From: the human T2T-CHM13v2.0 reference genome, Homo sapiens | Assembly: GCF_009914755.1 (NCBI RefSeq) | Contig: NC_060941.1 | Length of the DNA: 64,000 nucleotides | Strand: one strand, 5' to 3' | In this document: positions 50,673 to 64,000 of the stretch, in pieces | Numbering within the stretch: position 1 is the stretch's first letter | Layout: every line of letters starts with the position of its first letter | Position numbers and translations under genes: made by a program | The notes under the pieces: generated by a model | The model's database searches: none | Told to the model about the DNA's origin: nothing | Seen by the model: only the letters and a program-made list of their open reading frames with translations

Positions 50673-51502
50673 TGCATCAGATCTGCATGCTCAGCAGGCT
50701 GCCAGCAGTTCCTGAGGATAACGTCCTTAGTTTACACTCTCTGGCTCCCGCATTTTCCCCAGAGCACATCCTCTGGGAAGAGGGGCTACCAGCCAGAGCC
50801 ACCTCTGGGCCAGACCAAAACCACAACCCAGACTTGGGGGTTGAGCACAGCTCAAGGTATGTTCTCCTGGGGCTTCCAGCAGACCTGAGTCAGGCCCATC
50901 TCAGACTGCATCGCTGAACCTCAGATGTGAGAAAGAAGCTTGGCTCTTGAGGCCTTTTTTTTCCCCCAACAGGCCCCTACTTTGCCACATTTTCTCCCAG
51001 TCACCAGCTCTGGAATACTGGGAGGTGCAGCCATGATCAAACCTCAGAAAAGGTCCCTTGGTTCCTTTCTTCTGGGAGAGTGAGCTCCTTGGTGTCCCTT
51101 ATTCCATTACTAAGGGGGCTCCTTTCAGAGACTTTTTCCAGGAAAGAAAAAAAAATCGGCTTCAAGATGACTTAATGTCCCTACATAGGCAGAGAAGACA
51201 CTGACAAATTCAAACAGCCATGTCTCTGGCTTAAAAAAATTTAAGTTATGCCTAACAAGGCACAAACCTTAGACAGAGAAGAATATCAGATAAGGCTTGA
51301 ATGCAAACTGTGGCAGTGGCATGGAGCAGATGTGCATACTGGATATGCATGAGTGATGGTGGAATGAATAAAGCATCATGAGGTTTAGAATATTCTTCTT
51401 CCCCTTTTAGAAATGAGGAAAGTAAAGCTCAGACAGGCTAAATGACTTCCCCAAAGTAACAGGACAAGTATATGGAAGAATCAAGATTTGAACCCAAGTT
51501 GA

Positions 51503-51823
<321 letters not shown>

Positions 51824-53096
51824 CAAACCCTACACTCTTAACCACGGAGGCACCTGTGGGAAGGTGTCTGCAAACTGAAAAGGCAGGGCTGTCCAAGAAA
51901 TCTCCTGAAGTCACTTGCCCAGGGAAGGATCCCAGATTTTCTGGAGGCCTAGACAGGCTATGATCCAGGCCTACAGCATCCCTAAAACATCCAAAGAAGA
52001 GATGAACAGAGATGCTCTCCTGTTCTGCTTGGGAAGGCAGCCATGCCACTAATTGGCTTCAGGGATAAAGATGTGGTAGGGGGATGGCTGTTTACTTCAC
52101 AGTGGGAAACATACATTTCAATTTGCTTGATCAAAATCCAGTCTGGTGCTCTGAGGAGACTGTGGGTTGGGGTGACTGGGGAGCTAGCAGGGACAGGCAC
52201 TGGGCTGGGATGGCTGGGAAACGGCTCAGCTTCAAAGTGTTTGCAGAGATTCCTAATTAAAGAACAAGTCCACAAAGAAGGGAGTTGAGTCATGTTTAGG
52301 AATTGGAATGTGGACTGCTGCAAATCTCCATGTTGAAAATTAATCCCCTTTCTGGCTCTAAGACAATGTACTTTGGTATTTTCTTAGATGACTGTGGCTT
52401 TACCACTGTTATCCAATGGGGCTCTCCAGAGTTAAAATGCATGTCCTGGAGCAAGGATGGCAAACACAGAACAAATATCTGCTAGCTACTACCCCGCACC
52501 TGTGACAGACATCACTAATCAATCAAAGCACACTTTCCCATGAAGGCTAAACAGAGCTTCAGAATTATTTTTAAGGCAGCACTTCAGACAGCCACTAACA
52601 ATGGAACCAAATTGAAACATAAAACAAAATCTATTTGCAATGCCTGCCCTTGAAGTCAGGTATGGTCTTAGAGGACAGATAGATCTTGCTTAAAGTAAGT
52701 TCACTAGACCAAAGTTTCAAAAGTCATTGTGATGCTGTGTTGGGCCCAATAAAAGACTGGGCGAACCCATAGTCAGGAAACTAGCGAGACTCCAGTTCAG
52801 TCCGTCCTTTCAGTTACATCTTGTGTTTTCTCTTAGTTAAGTGATCAACCAAGCCTCTACTTGACCAGCTCAGTGATGCGGAACTCACGATCTTACAAGG
52901 AAGCCTATGACTTTTTTTGGTCAGCTCTGAACTATAGGCCATGAAGTCAGCTGGCCCTGGGTCCTGGCTTGTCCTGTTCTGTGACTCTGAGCAAGCCACA
53001 TCATCTTTTGTCTATAAAGTGTGGGGAAGTCCTGCCTGGTTCAGGGAGGTGTGATGTATAACTGAATGTATGTTAAAAAAAAACTTGCAGAATGCA

Positions 53097-53400
53097 GGCC
53101 GGGTGTGGTGGCTCACACCTGTAATCCCAGCACTATGGGAGGCCGAGGCGGGTGGATCACAAGGACAGGAGATCGAGACCATCCTGGCTAACACGGTGAA
53201 ATCCCGTCTCTACTGAAAATACAAAAAATTAGCCAGGCGTGGTGGTGGGCACCTGTAGTCCCAGCTACTCAGGAGACTGAGGCAGGAGAATGGCGTGAAC
53301 CCGGAAGGCAGAGCTTGCAGTGAGCTGAGATTGCATCACTGCACTCCAGCCTGGGCCACAGAGCGAGACTCCATCTCAAAAACAACAACAACAACAAAAC
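53097..53400 (+). mobile_element. AluY with (AAC)n tail
   Basis: AluY diagnostic positions; TSD AACTTGCAGAATGC. Confidence 0.95.
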
Positions 53401-54198
53401 AACTTGCAGAATGCTTCACATGTGGCTGGTGCACAAAGCGTACAGATCTTCATGTCTACATTGTGCCCAGATCTGCCTTACTGAAGCTTCCAACGCTGGT
53501 TCCTTGGGGACCCCAGAATATGTCTGCTTCCTCCTCCCCTTGACAGCCTGGCAGATGTTTAAAGACACATTTGAACACAGAGTGTCACACCTTTTCCGGT
53601 TCCTTCAACATTTACAGAAATCTTCTGTCTAATGCTCGCTGCCTCTGTACTTGCTCTTAGCATGTGCATCAAACTCTCAGGTTATCTCTGACCATACCTG
53701 GGCAGCAGGACTCTCACCTCCCTCCTTCTCTACACTAGACACCGATTCATTCATTCACTAATTCATTCACACGTTCGTTCACTTGATAAATACATCACCA
53801 AGTTCCTGCTAGGTCTCAGGCACTTCGCTAGGAACAAGGAATACAATGATGAACTCAATAATTGATACAACTCCCCTGCCCTTTGTTGCTGAATTCGGGC
53901 ATTGTTCTGCAAATTCATAGATTCCAGAAATATTTAATTGTGTATGTTACCCTGCAAGAAGTTGTAGATGTAGCAGAAAATAAGGGTAATGTGGTTCCTG
54001 CTTTTTGTTCATTCAACCTCTTAACAATTATTTATTAATTTGAGCAGACTTGAAGCTGGACAAACAAATAAGAAACCACTGGCATAAATATTATGAAGAC
54101 ATGTAGGTGCTGTGGGAGACTAGGAAAGGGATTTGCCTTGGTCTTTTTATTTTATTAGTGTGGTATATAAACACACACACACACACGCATATATATAG

Positions 54199-54527
<329 letters not shown>

Positions 54528-54710
54528 GCATATGTATATTTATATATAGTATATGTATATATTTGTATATAGTATACATATTTGTGTATATATACACATA
54601 CACACCCTAGTACATATATTTTGTGCATATATAGTATATATTTTTATATAGTATATATATATTATATATATGACATTTCATATATATTTATGAATATATT
54701 TATATTTATT
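54528..54710. repeat. Imperfect (TA)n-rich low-complexity tract
   Basis: Read directly. Confidence 0.9.
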
Positions 54711-55215
54711 TGCCATTTTAATCGTCCTTAAGTACATATTGGTTACATGTAATCAGTGGCATTAATTACATTCACAACATTATGTAACTATCACCACTAT
54801 CTGTTTCCAAAACCTTTTCATCCCCCCAAACAAACTGCCCATTAAGCAATAATTCCTCATTCCCTCCTCTTCCAGCCCCTGGGGGCCTCTAATCTACTTT
54901 CTGTTTCTATAAATTTGCCTATTATGGATAGTTCATATAAATGGAATAATATGAAATGTATCCTTTGTGTCTGCATCTTTCACCTAGCATAATATTTTCA
55001 AGGCTCATCCATGTTGTGGCAGGTATCAGAGCTGATTAATGTTTTTTATGGCTGAATAAAATTTCATTGTATGGGTATACCACATTTTGTTCATTCATCT
55101 GTTGATAGACCATTGGGTTGTTTCCACCTTTGGCTATTGTGAATAGTGTTACTATGAACATGTACATGTGAGTGTCTGCTTAGTCCCTATTTTCAAATAT
55201 TTTGGGTATAGATGG
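54711..55215 (-). mobile_element. L1MB-type 3' end, antisense
   Basis: CAGTGGCATTAATTACATTCACAA...CCAGCCCCTGG...CTAATCTACTTTCTG. Confidence 0.8.
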
Positions 55216-55274
55216 TCTTACTAATACTTAAATTTTAGGTGCACAGAATTGGATTAAGCACAATCCTTAGTTCA

Positions 55275-55680
55275 TGTTGTGGACCAAATGGTGTTTCCCC
55301 CTAATTCATATGTTGAACCTCTATCCCCCGGTTTGACTGTAATTGGAGATAGGGCCTTCAAGGATGTAATTAAGGTTAAATGAAGTCATAATGTTGAAGC
55401 CCTAATCCAATAGGACTGGTGTCTTTAGAAGGAGATGAAGAGACACCAGGAGCTCAAGCCCACAGAGGAAAGGCCACGTGAAGACACAAGAAGAAGAAGA
55501 TAGCCATCCCTAAGCCAGGAAAAGTGCCCTCACCAGAAACCAACCCTCCTGACACCTTGATCTGGGACTTTCAGCCTCTAGAACTGTGAGAAAATAAATT
55601 TCTGTTGTTTGAACCACCCAGTTTTTGGTATTCTGTTACGGCTGAATACCATAACAGATGAGGCTGAGCAGATGAATACA
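55275..55680 (+). mobile_element. MLT1A/B-like MaLR LTR
   Basis: AATTCATATGTTGAA...CAGCCTCTAGAACTGTGAGAAAATAAATTTCTG. Confidence 0.9.
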
Positions 55681-55778
55681 TTTTTATGATACACGTTCAT
55701 TTTTGGCCCATGTGTGATCCAATTTTATTATTAATTAATTAGCAATTATTTGGTTACCTTGAGTTACGGTAGTAGTTC

Positions 55779-55923
55779 TTTTTTTTTTCTTTCTTTTTTT
55801 TATTTTAGAGATGGGATTTTGTCATGTTGTCCAGGCTGGTATGAAACTCCTGGACTCAGGTGATCCACCTGCCTCGGCCTCCCAAAGTGCTGGGATTACC
55901 AGTGTGAGCCACTGCACCTGGCC
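55779..55923 (-). mobile_element. Alu left monomer / FLAM
   Basis: Left arm only; TSD GTAGTTCTTTT. Confidence 0.9.
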
Positions 55924-56912
55924 CAGTTGTAGTTCTTTTCATGTTATTGATACTAATCCTTGTACGTATTACATCTTCTTCTAGCTGTAACTTGCCTTGT
56001 TGAGTATGGTATGAGGTGTAGGCATCAAGCTGTACTTCTTCCTAGATGACTACCTAATTGAAATAGCACTATTTATTTAAAAACAAGATAACAAAATTGA
56101 AAACAAAACAAAAAAAACCCTTCCCTTTTCCATTGTCGTGATATGTAATTCTATTGTCTATCTGCGTTTGAATCTTTTTCTGGACTCTATTAGTCTATTT
56201 GTCTATTTTTGCACCATTTCCGTAACTGACTGAATTACTCTGGCATCAAAGTAAGTCCTGTTATTTGTTAGCATTAGTCACTTCTCCTGGATCTTCTTTA
56301 TCAGAAATGTCCTGGCTATTCTACAGGCTTTACTCCTACATACAAATTTAGAATCACTTTAGAAGCTGCTGTTAAAAATTTAGCACTTTGGAATTTTGAT
56401 AGGAATTTTATTGGATCTGGGCATCTTCATAATATTAAGACTGTTCCTGTTCATGAATGTTGTATAGCTCTAACTCCATCTTGTGACTTAAAAAATTATT
56501 AAAATTTATCCATGTAAAAAAGTAAAGAAGGAGCAAGAGAACGAACCAGCAAACTGCATGTATGAAGGCCCTGAGGCATGAGTGGGCAGAATTCACTGGA
56601 GGCATGGGGAGATGGTGAATATACCTGAAGCGCAGGATGAGGAGGGATGGGGAACAGATGAGATTGAAGACGAAGGCAGTGCTGTAAGGATCTGGAGAGT
56701 TCTAAGAACATCACTGATATGACCAGAATTTCATTCTAGAAGGACTACTCTGAGGAGAGAAGAATGGACTAGGGGAGGGAAGAATAGAAACAAGGAGACA
56801 AGTAAGGAAACTACTGCTGTTGCCTGGGAGAGAGACAGCTTGGACCAGGGTGTTGTCAGTGGTGTTGGAGAGAAGTGGACGGATTTGAAATTTATTTGGA
56901 AAGTAAATTTGG

Positions 56913-57232
<320 letters not shown>

Positions 57233-57310
57233 TCATGTGTGAGGTAGACAGGTAGGAGGAGAGAATGATTCCTTAGTTTCTGGTTTGGGTGACTGAGCAA
57301 ACAGGGTTAC

Positions 57311-57657
57311 CAGTTGTTAGAAGGGAACTCCTTTTTCTCCACTCCTGGTTCACAGGAAAAGGGATTTTCCCCTAAGCACACATGACCTTTCTCCAGCTTT
57401 TCACATACTGACTCTTCTGATAGGTAAACTTGGGAAGAATAACCGTGCTGGGCTTTGTCCTTCTTCTTTTGGTCAAGTCTGACTTCAGAGGGCAAAGTTC
57501 TCTGCTCGTCTAAGACATAAGTCTCACTTGGGCAGGACCCTCCACGCTGCAGGCTGGCGCTGCCTGGGACGAGGTGGATACACTGGCCAGGTTCAGGGGT
57601 TGAGTAAGAGGAAGCCACTTGTCTAATAGCCCCAAGGCCACATTTTCCACCTGGCTT
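57311..57657 (-). other. Candidate exon (347 nt) with an open frame across its whole length
   Basis: Acceptor TTTGTTTCTCCTAG, 115 open codons in phase 0, donor CTG|GTAACC; protein not recognised. Confidence 0.2.
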
Positions 57658-58330
57658 CTAGGAGAAACAAACTTGATATTTTGGCCTTTATCTTTACTTT
57701 TTAATTTTATTTCACAACTTGTTCAAAACCTAGGAGAAGTAGCAGGGTACCACTTGGTAGGGATTTCTCCACAAATCCTTAATATTTGGTGCCCTGGGGA
57801 AGAAAAAAAATAGATCTGGAATTCAGGAAGCCACATTTGTACATGGAGTGGTTTCAGGGGCAGCAAGAGCCTGTGGCTGTGACTCTGGGCATCACGCTTT
57901 AACCTTGGTAATTTCTAGACACCTGGATTAGTCCAGATCGGTTCTTTATAGTTGTGTGGTTGTCTTTTAACAGTTCTGGTATGGACAGGCAGGTTGTGCC
58001 TTATGCCAAGTGATACATTGACTTTGTGGGTGACTGTGCAGAAAAATATTGAGGTCTCTGAACACCTCCCCAATAAATAGCACCTTATTCCTCACTCAAG
58101 GTTTGAACAAATTGAACAAACAAACAAACAAAAATAAAGATAGGGGTGCACAAATCTTTCGCTACGGCATCAAGCCAGGCAGAGGGACCTGACTGTGCTC
58201 TGCTACCTGGACCAGGGCAGGCGGTGCCCCTGCAGGGATGGAGCAATACAGTCCCTGCTTCCTGCGGCCGCTCACTTCTGAGAGGATGAAGGAACAAAGA
58301 CCAGGGGGCAGCTTTGAAAAAGCCTTCCAT

Positions 58331-58450
58331 GAATCTCTTGGACCCGGGAGGTGGAGGTGACAGTGAGCCGAGATCGCGCCACTGCTCTCCAGCCTGGGCA
58401 AGAGAGAAAGACTCTGTCTAAAAAAAAAAAAAAAAAAAAAGAGGAAAAGA
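58331..58450 (+). mobile_element. 5'-truncated Alu (right-arm 3' part)
   Basis: ACCCGGGAGGTGGAGG...poly(A); TSD-like GAAAAAGC. Confidence 0.9.
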
Positions 58451-59629
58451 AAAAGCTTTCTGCATGCAAACCAGGAAAGGGGAGAAGACACTCCCTTCAA
58501 CTCCATTCTTTGAGATGGGAACTTAGGAAGAAGAGCATTAAGCTGGCTTCCTAGAAGTCTACCAATGCACAGAGCCCTTTGCAAAAGCTATAAATCCAAC
58601 AATCAGCATACTGGGTTTCCTTGGAGGAATCCTGAGCAGGCACACTCTTTTCTTTCCTTTGCATCTTCGCCTGGCCCTGTCCTGCTCTGGGAAGGAGCTA
58701 GACAGGGGCCAGTTAGGGTCAGTAGGTGCTGGTTGTAGAAACGCCTTAGGTGCTGGGAATTCCCTGACTACTACTATGCCCTGAGCTCATGGGGCCACTG
58801 GCTGTGAAACAGGTCCTCTGTTATTTACTTTGACCTTAGGGCCCAAGTAAATAATTTAGCAGTGTTTCTCCCCCTCTAGCATGTTCAGCTGTGGCAATTA
58901 ACTAAGGTTCTGCTGGGATTGCCTTGTTTCCAGCATTTTCTGACCTCTGACCCCGGTGAATTTAATTCTGCTCCTTTAATAATTTCTGAGGGTGTAGATT
59001 CTGTCGAGTGAGCAGGGTCCATCCTGCAGAAATCAACTTAAATTCTGAGGCTGCACACTAGACATATTCAGGAAGACCGAGCCCTGATTTGTTTTGAGTG
59101 CAAGCAGGAGAGGTGAGCCAGACTTGCTCTGCATGCCGCTGAGGGAACAGGCATAGCCCTGCCTGAGTGTATGGGCTTGGGGGGTGGTCTTTTCCTGAGT
59201 GGGTTGCTGCCTCGGAGGCTTTTGGCTCTGGGATAGGCCCATTTCCTGGATTCCTGCAGGAAACAGAATAGCTATGAGATTGCATGGTGTTCCAGTGGGA
59301 CATGCAAACCCCTCCCCCATCGTTCATTCATTCCTTAAGTCAACAACAACATATGTTCCAAGCACTGGGCTTGGTCCTGGAGGTGGTAAAGATGAGAAAT
59401 GCGTGGTGTTTTAGGAGTCCTTTGTGGCCTTTTAGGGAAAGATAGATGTGTGCGGTAGATGAGTGCAGAAGGATTGAGTTCGGCTGGAGGGTGAGGTCAC
59501 CTCATAGCTTGGGCTCATTGATGAGCACCTGAGCCTGGAGGGACCAATCAAGCCTCAGTCTGCAGAACTTTGCAACAGAATCAGGAATGACCCAACTTTC
59601 CAGTGGCTAGAACCATAAGGTATAGTTAG

Positions 59630-59949
<320 letters not shown>

Positions 59950-60000
59950 AGGGTGACGCTTTTTAAGTTTGTGGCTAAATCGAGGAGGATGCTGGTCTGC

Positions 60001-60025
60001 AGAGAGAGACAGACAGAGAGGAGAA

Positions 60026-60061
<36 letters not shown>
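60001..60061. repeat. Imperfect (GA)n purine tract
   Basis: Read directly. Confidence 0.9.
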
Positions 60062-60399
60062 GCCAATGCTCAGAGAAAAGCAGAAGTAAAAGGGGGAAAG
60101 TGGGTAATTGCTGCATTTCCAGAGGTTTTCCAAATTTATATTCCAAACCTTATGGAAGCCCCGCAAGCTAGCTTGAACGAGTGCCTGACGCTTGTAAACA
60201 AAAGTGTTTGTAAAGTATTATGACAGGCAGTTGTGACAATACTGAAACAATTGTAACATGGACAGGAGAGGAGGCTGCAGGAGCACGAACTGGGGACCTT
60301 TAACTTCAGGTGATGGAGTCAGGCCAGCGAAGAAAGGCTTCACAAAAAATGGATATTCAATCCCAGTCAGGAAGGAATAATACCAGTGACCAACATCAT

Positions 60400-60610
60400 T
60401 TACCTCTCACTCTGTGACAGACACTCTTACAGATGCTCTGTGATTATCTGTAAATCTGTTTTGTAGCAACCTAGGAAATAGGGATGATGATGATCCCATT
60501 TTTCAGATGGGAAGACTAAGGCTCGGAGAGGCAAAGTTGCTTGCCTAAGGTCATTGCAACTTGGAAGTGGTGGAACTGAGATTTGCACCCTGGCCCCCAG
60601 CTTTGTTCTG
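60400..60610 (-). mobile_element. MIR
   Basis: CCCATTTTTCAGATGGGAAGACTAAGGCTCGGAGAGG...CTTGCCTAAGGTCA. Confidence 0.8.
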
Positions 60611-60773
60611 CCACTGGGTTTGACTACCTCCCTGCCCCCTGTACCCCTCTGCATGGTTTACCACAAGGGCAAGGAGCAGGCAGGGATGCACTGGGGCTGA
60701 TACTTCGTATAGACGAAACAGCGTGGACAGAGAAAGATAGAGAGGAGGAGGAGGAGAGGACAGTGAGCCTGGG

Positions 60774-60920
60774 CAGGATCTGCTACATGATTTGTAGGAC
60801 CCAGTGCAAAATGAGAGTGTTTCAAGACAGCAACTGCAGGGCATTAAACCCTGTGTGGACCTTTCTGGATCCTGGGCCTTGGGGGCCTGTGCAGGTCCCA
60901 CACCCCAGAAGACAGCCAGG
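60774..60920 (-). mobile_element. MER45A (hAT-Tip100)
   Basis: CAGGATCTGCTACATGATTTGTAGGACCCAGTGCAAAATG; 8-bp TSD-like AGCCTGGG/AGTTTGGG. Confidence 0.8.
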
Positions 60921-61160
60921 AGTTTGGGCAAGCACACACCATTGCTTCCTGCCAGGGCTCAAGAGGGAACCCTGTGACTCTGGCAGGGGCAGCGGGGGAC
61001 CACTTGATAATTCCGCAATGCAGCCAGCACAGTCTCCTTGTGGTGGGGATTGTGGTCCCAGATGAGGGCAGGGTGGGCCTTTTTTTTTGCAAAGCCAGAG
61101 GGTGTGGATTCAGACCTGTAGGGGATGAGGAACCAGTAAAAGATTCTGAGAAACCAGTGA

Positions 61161-61475
<315 letters not shown>

Positions 61476-62303
61476 TAAGAGGATCTGGCCAAGAAAGTTC
61501 AGAAGTTGCAGTGAGAAAATACTCACAGAGGGGATGTTGAATCCATTAACACTGTATTTTTTTTTTTAAACCTCTCAGCTGGAGGAAAACATTTAAATAG
61601 AAGTCATTAGCGAGCATGTTTCTGAAGCCAACAGTGCCTAATAAGTCAAAATTGCTTTCCCTAAAAAATGAAACCTATTGAAGGTTTTCAACCCCTCTTT
61701 TTGAAGTGCTCAATTAGGGTGAAAAAAAGTCCATAGCTCTCCCTGGCTTGAAATTGTTGAAAGGTAGGAGTGCTTTCTGGTTAGGCATTGTCCAACCACA
61801 GGGATACAAATCAGCCCTTTAAGATAATTTATATCTTGGAGAGGAGTTCGGAAATGGGTCCGCTTGGAGCTAAAAGCGTCGTAAATAAGCTGGGCTGGGA
61901 GGCTGTGCCGGCCACACTGGGGAGTTACAGAGTGGTCTCCCAGCTGCTGCCCACCAGAGGAACAGGGACTGGCCTGCTTCCCCCTGAGCCACGCAGGCTG
62001 ATAGATGTCAGGACCCATGGCTGGCCAGTCCATATCCATTGTCCTCGTAGGAGACTGGACCTCAGAGTGGGGCAGGACTTCCCACAGTCCTGCAGCAAAA
62101 GGCAGTGGCAGAACCAGTCTTGGGGCCTCGCCTCCTGGCTGACCCAGGTGCTAAATGATCCCTCACTAGGCACTGGGACTGTCAGCTCCCTGAGGACCAG
62201 GAGTTGAGTTAAGGGGGGTCAGACCAGCACCAGGACCCAAAGACAGTCTAGTAAGTACAAACTATCAGTGTCATAATGAAAACGAACACACAAGAAAGCA
62301 TTT

Positions 62304-62502
62304 GTGTGTGTGTATGTGTGTGCAGGTACAGAGATGTATACCTGTGGATACCTCTATATACATGCCTGTGCTCGTGCGTCCATGTGGATGTGTTGCAGCA
62401 CATATGTGTGTGTTGTTTATGTGTGTATCTTTTATATGCCCATGGATATGTATGTGTATTTACACTCATGCATGTATATGTGTGTGTGCTTGCATATGTG
62501 TG
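62304..62502. repeat. Degenerate (TG/TA)n low-complexity tract
   Basis: Read directly. Confidence 0.85.
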
Positions 62503-62560
62503 TCTGGGATTGGATTGGGGGCACCTTATTCAGTCTGGAGGAGTCAGAGAATTTAATTCA

Positions 62561-62871
<311 letters not shown>

Positions 62872-64000
62872 GAATTTAATCCATGGGCTGAGGGTAAAGT
62901 CTTGGGCAAGGCTGGAAAAACGTGGATAGCGAGTTTGGCTGGATCAGGTGTAGACTGGTTATGGAGTCTGTATCTTACCTTGTAGGGCCTTGAAGGCTCC
63001 TGAGAAGGGGGTGACTTGACCAAAGCTGCATCTTAGATACTATAAATGCCTGCATATAAGATGAAATTATTTTCCTCCATATTTTCCCTCAGGAAAGAGT
63101 CCTTCCAAAATTTGTCATGTAACAAACAGGGCATCGCCTAAATTATTTCAAAACGCAATACTGTTTGGAGAAAGTCTTGGTAGCTTGAAACCCCGACAGT
63201 CTGTCAGTAAAAATAAAAGGAGACAAATAAATTGAACACAGATGGAGTAGTTAATTATTCCTGAGAGCCTGACCCCATGATCGTTGCATGTTCTTGTAGC
63301 AACCCTTTCAAGGGTAATTTTAAGCAAGCGATGAAGAGAATTGTTTATGCTGAGGGCGAGGTCCTGAAGATGGGTTCGAAGGTGCTTGTGGTTTGGGTGT
63401 TGAGGAGTCGGATCTGACCTTACGAAAGGTCAAGGATGGCTCTGAATGGACACCGAGGATGAGCCCTGGGGGGACTGGGGCTGCGGCTGGGCCCCGGAGA
63501 GGGGGCCCAGGGTCCAGGAAACAGCTAAGCTTGATCTGGGATAAGGGAGGGGCAGAGGGTGAGGCACATCCCGCAGGGTAAAAGGTGTCTCTGAAGTGCC
63601 GCATCCATGCAGAGCCAGCTCCGTCTGCCTGCAAATTGAGGTGACAGAGACTTAGTGACTCCTAGTGCTTGCTGTCACTTCCCATTTCGCTGCTCCTCCC
63701 AGCTTGGTGGGAACTGGGTGGAGGCTGTCAGAGAGCCTGATGTACACCTGAGCCCTGTCAGCCCTCAGGTGTGAGGAACCAGGAGGGGTGCTGGCGCCGG
63801 GCCCCCTGTCCAGGGCTGCGCTAGCTGGGAGCAGGGAGAGGAAGGCGGGCAGGTGCTGAAACTGCCTCTGCACCTGGGGATCCTGAAGGGGAGCAGGTGG
63901 CTCCAGCTCTTTGTTCTAAGCTCAGCCTGGGATTCTGAGGGTCAAACTCATACATAAACCAAAAGACCCTGCTCCACGCTCCCCACTACTGTTCGCCATG

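Noticed and set aside
58298-58312. CTCF-like AGACCAGGGGGCAGC
   Set aside because: Lacks the conserved 5' CC; not supportable without ChIP data
60583-61065. Longest ORF in the track (160 aa)
   Set aside because: Runs through MIR and MER45A remnants; non-ATG start

Overview
Primate (human-like) genomic DNA, apparently intergenic or intronic. I cannot place the locus. Roughly half the window is transposon-derived: about 30 Alu copies or fragments, old L1M and young L1PA fragments, MIR/L2, MaLR and ERV1 solo LTRs, and DNA transposons. No protein-coding gene, RNA gene, CpG island or prokaryote-type system (CRISPR etc.) can be supported; most ORF-track entries are Alu-derived or chance ORFs. I found no convincing novel biological system. 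The best leads are structural: (1) a 201-bp, ~94% identical, ungapped inverted repeat in apparently unique sequence with a 602-bp spacer (17503-18506); (2) a twin-primed L1PA carrying a ~75-nt 3' transduction inside one TSD pair, with a second 5'-inverted L1 about 0.8 kb away; (3) two probable locally templated insertions (an LTR-internal fragment carrying a splice donor, and a displaced Alu tail plus flank); (4) two minus-strand candidate exons (24477-24599 and 57311-57657). Repeat subfamily names come from my recollection of consensus sequences and need RepeatMasker/Dfam confirmation.
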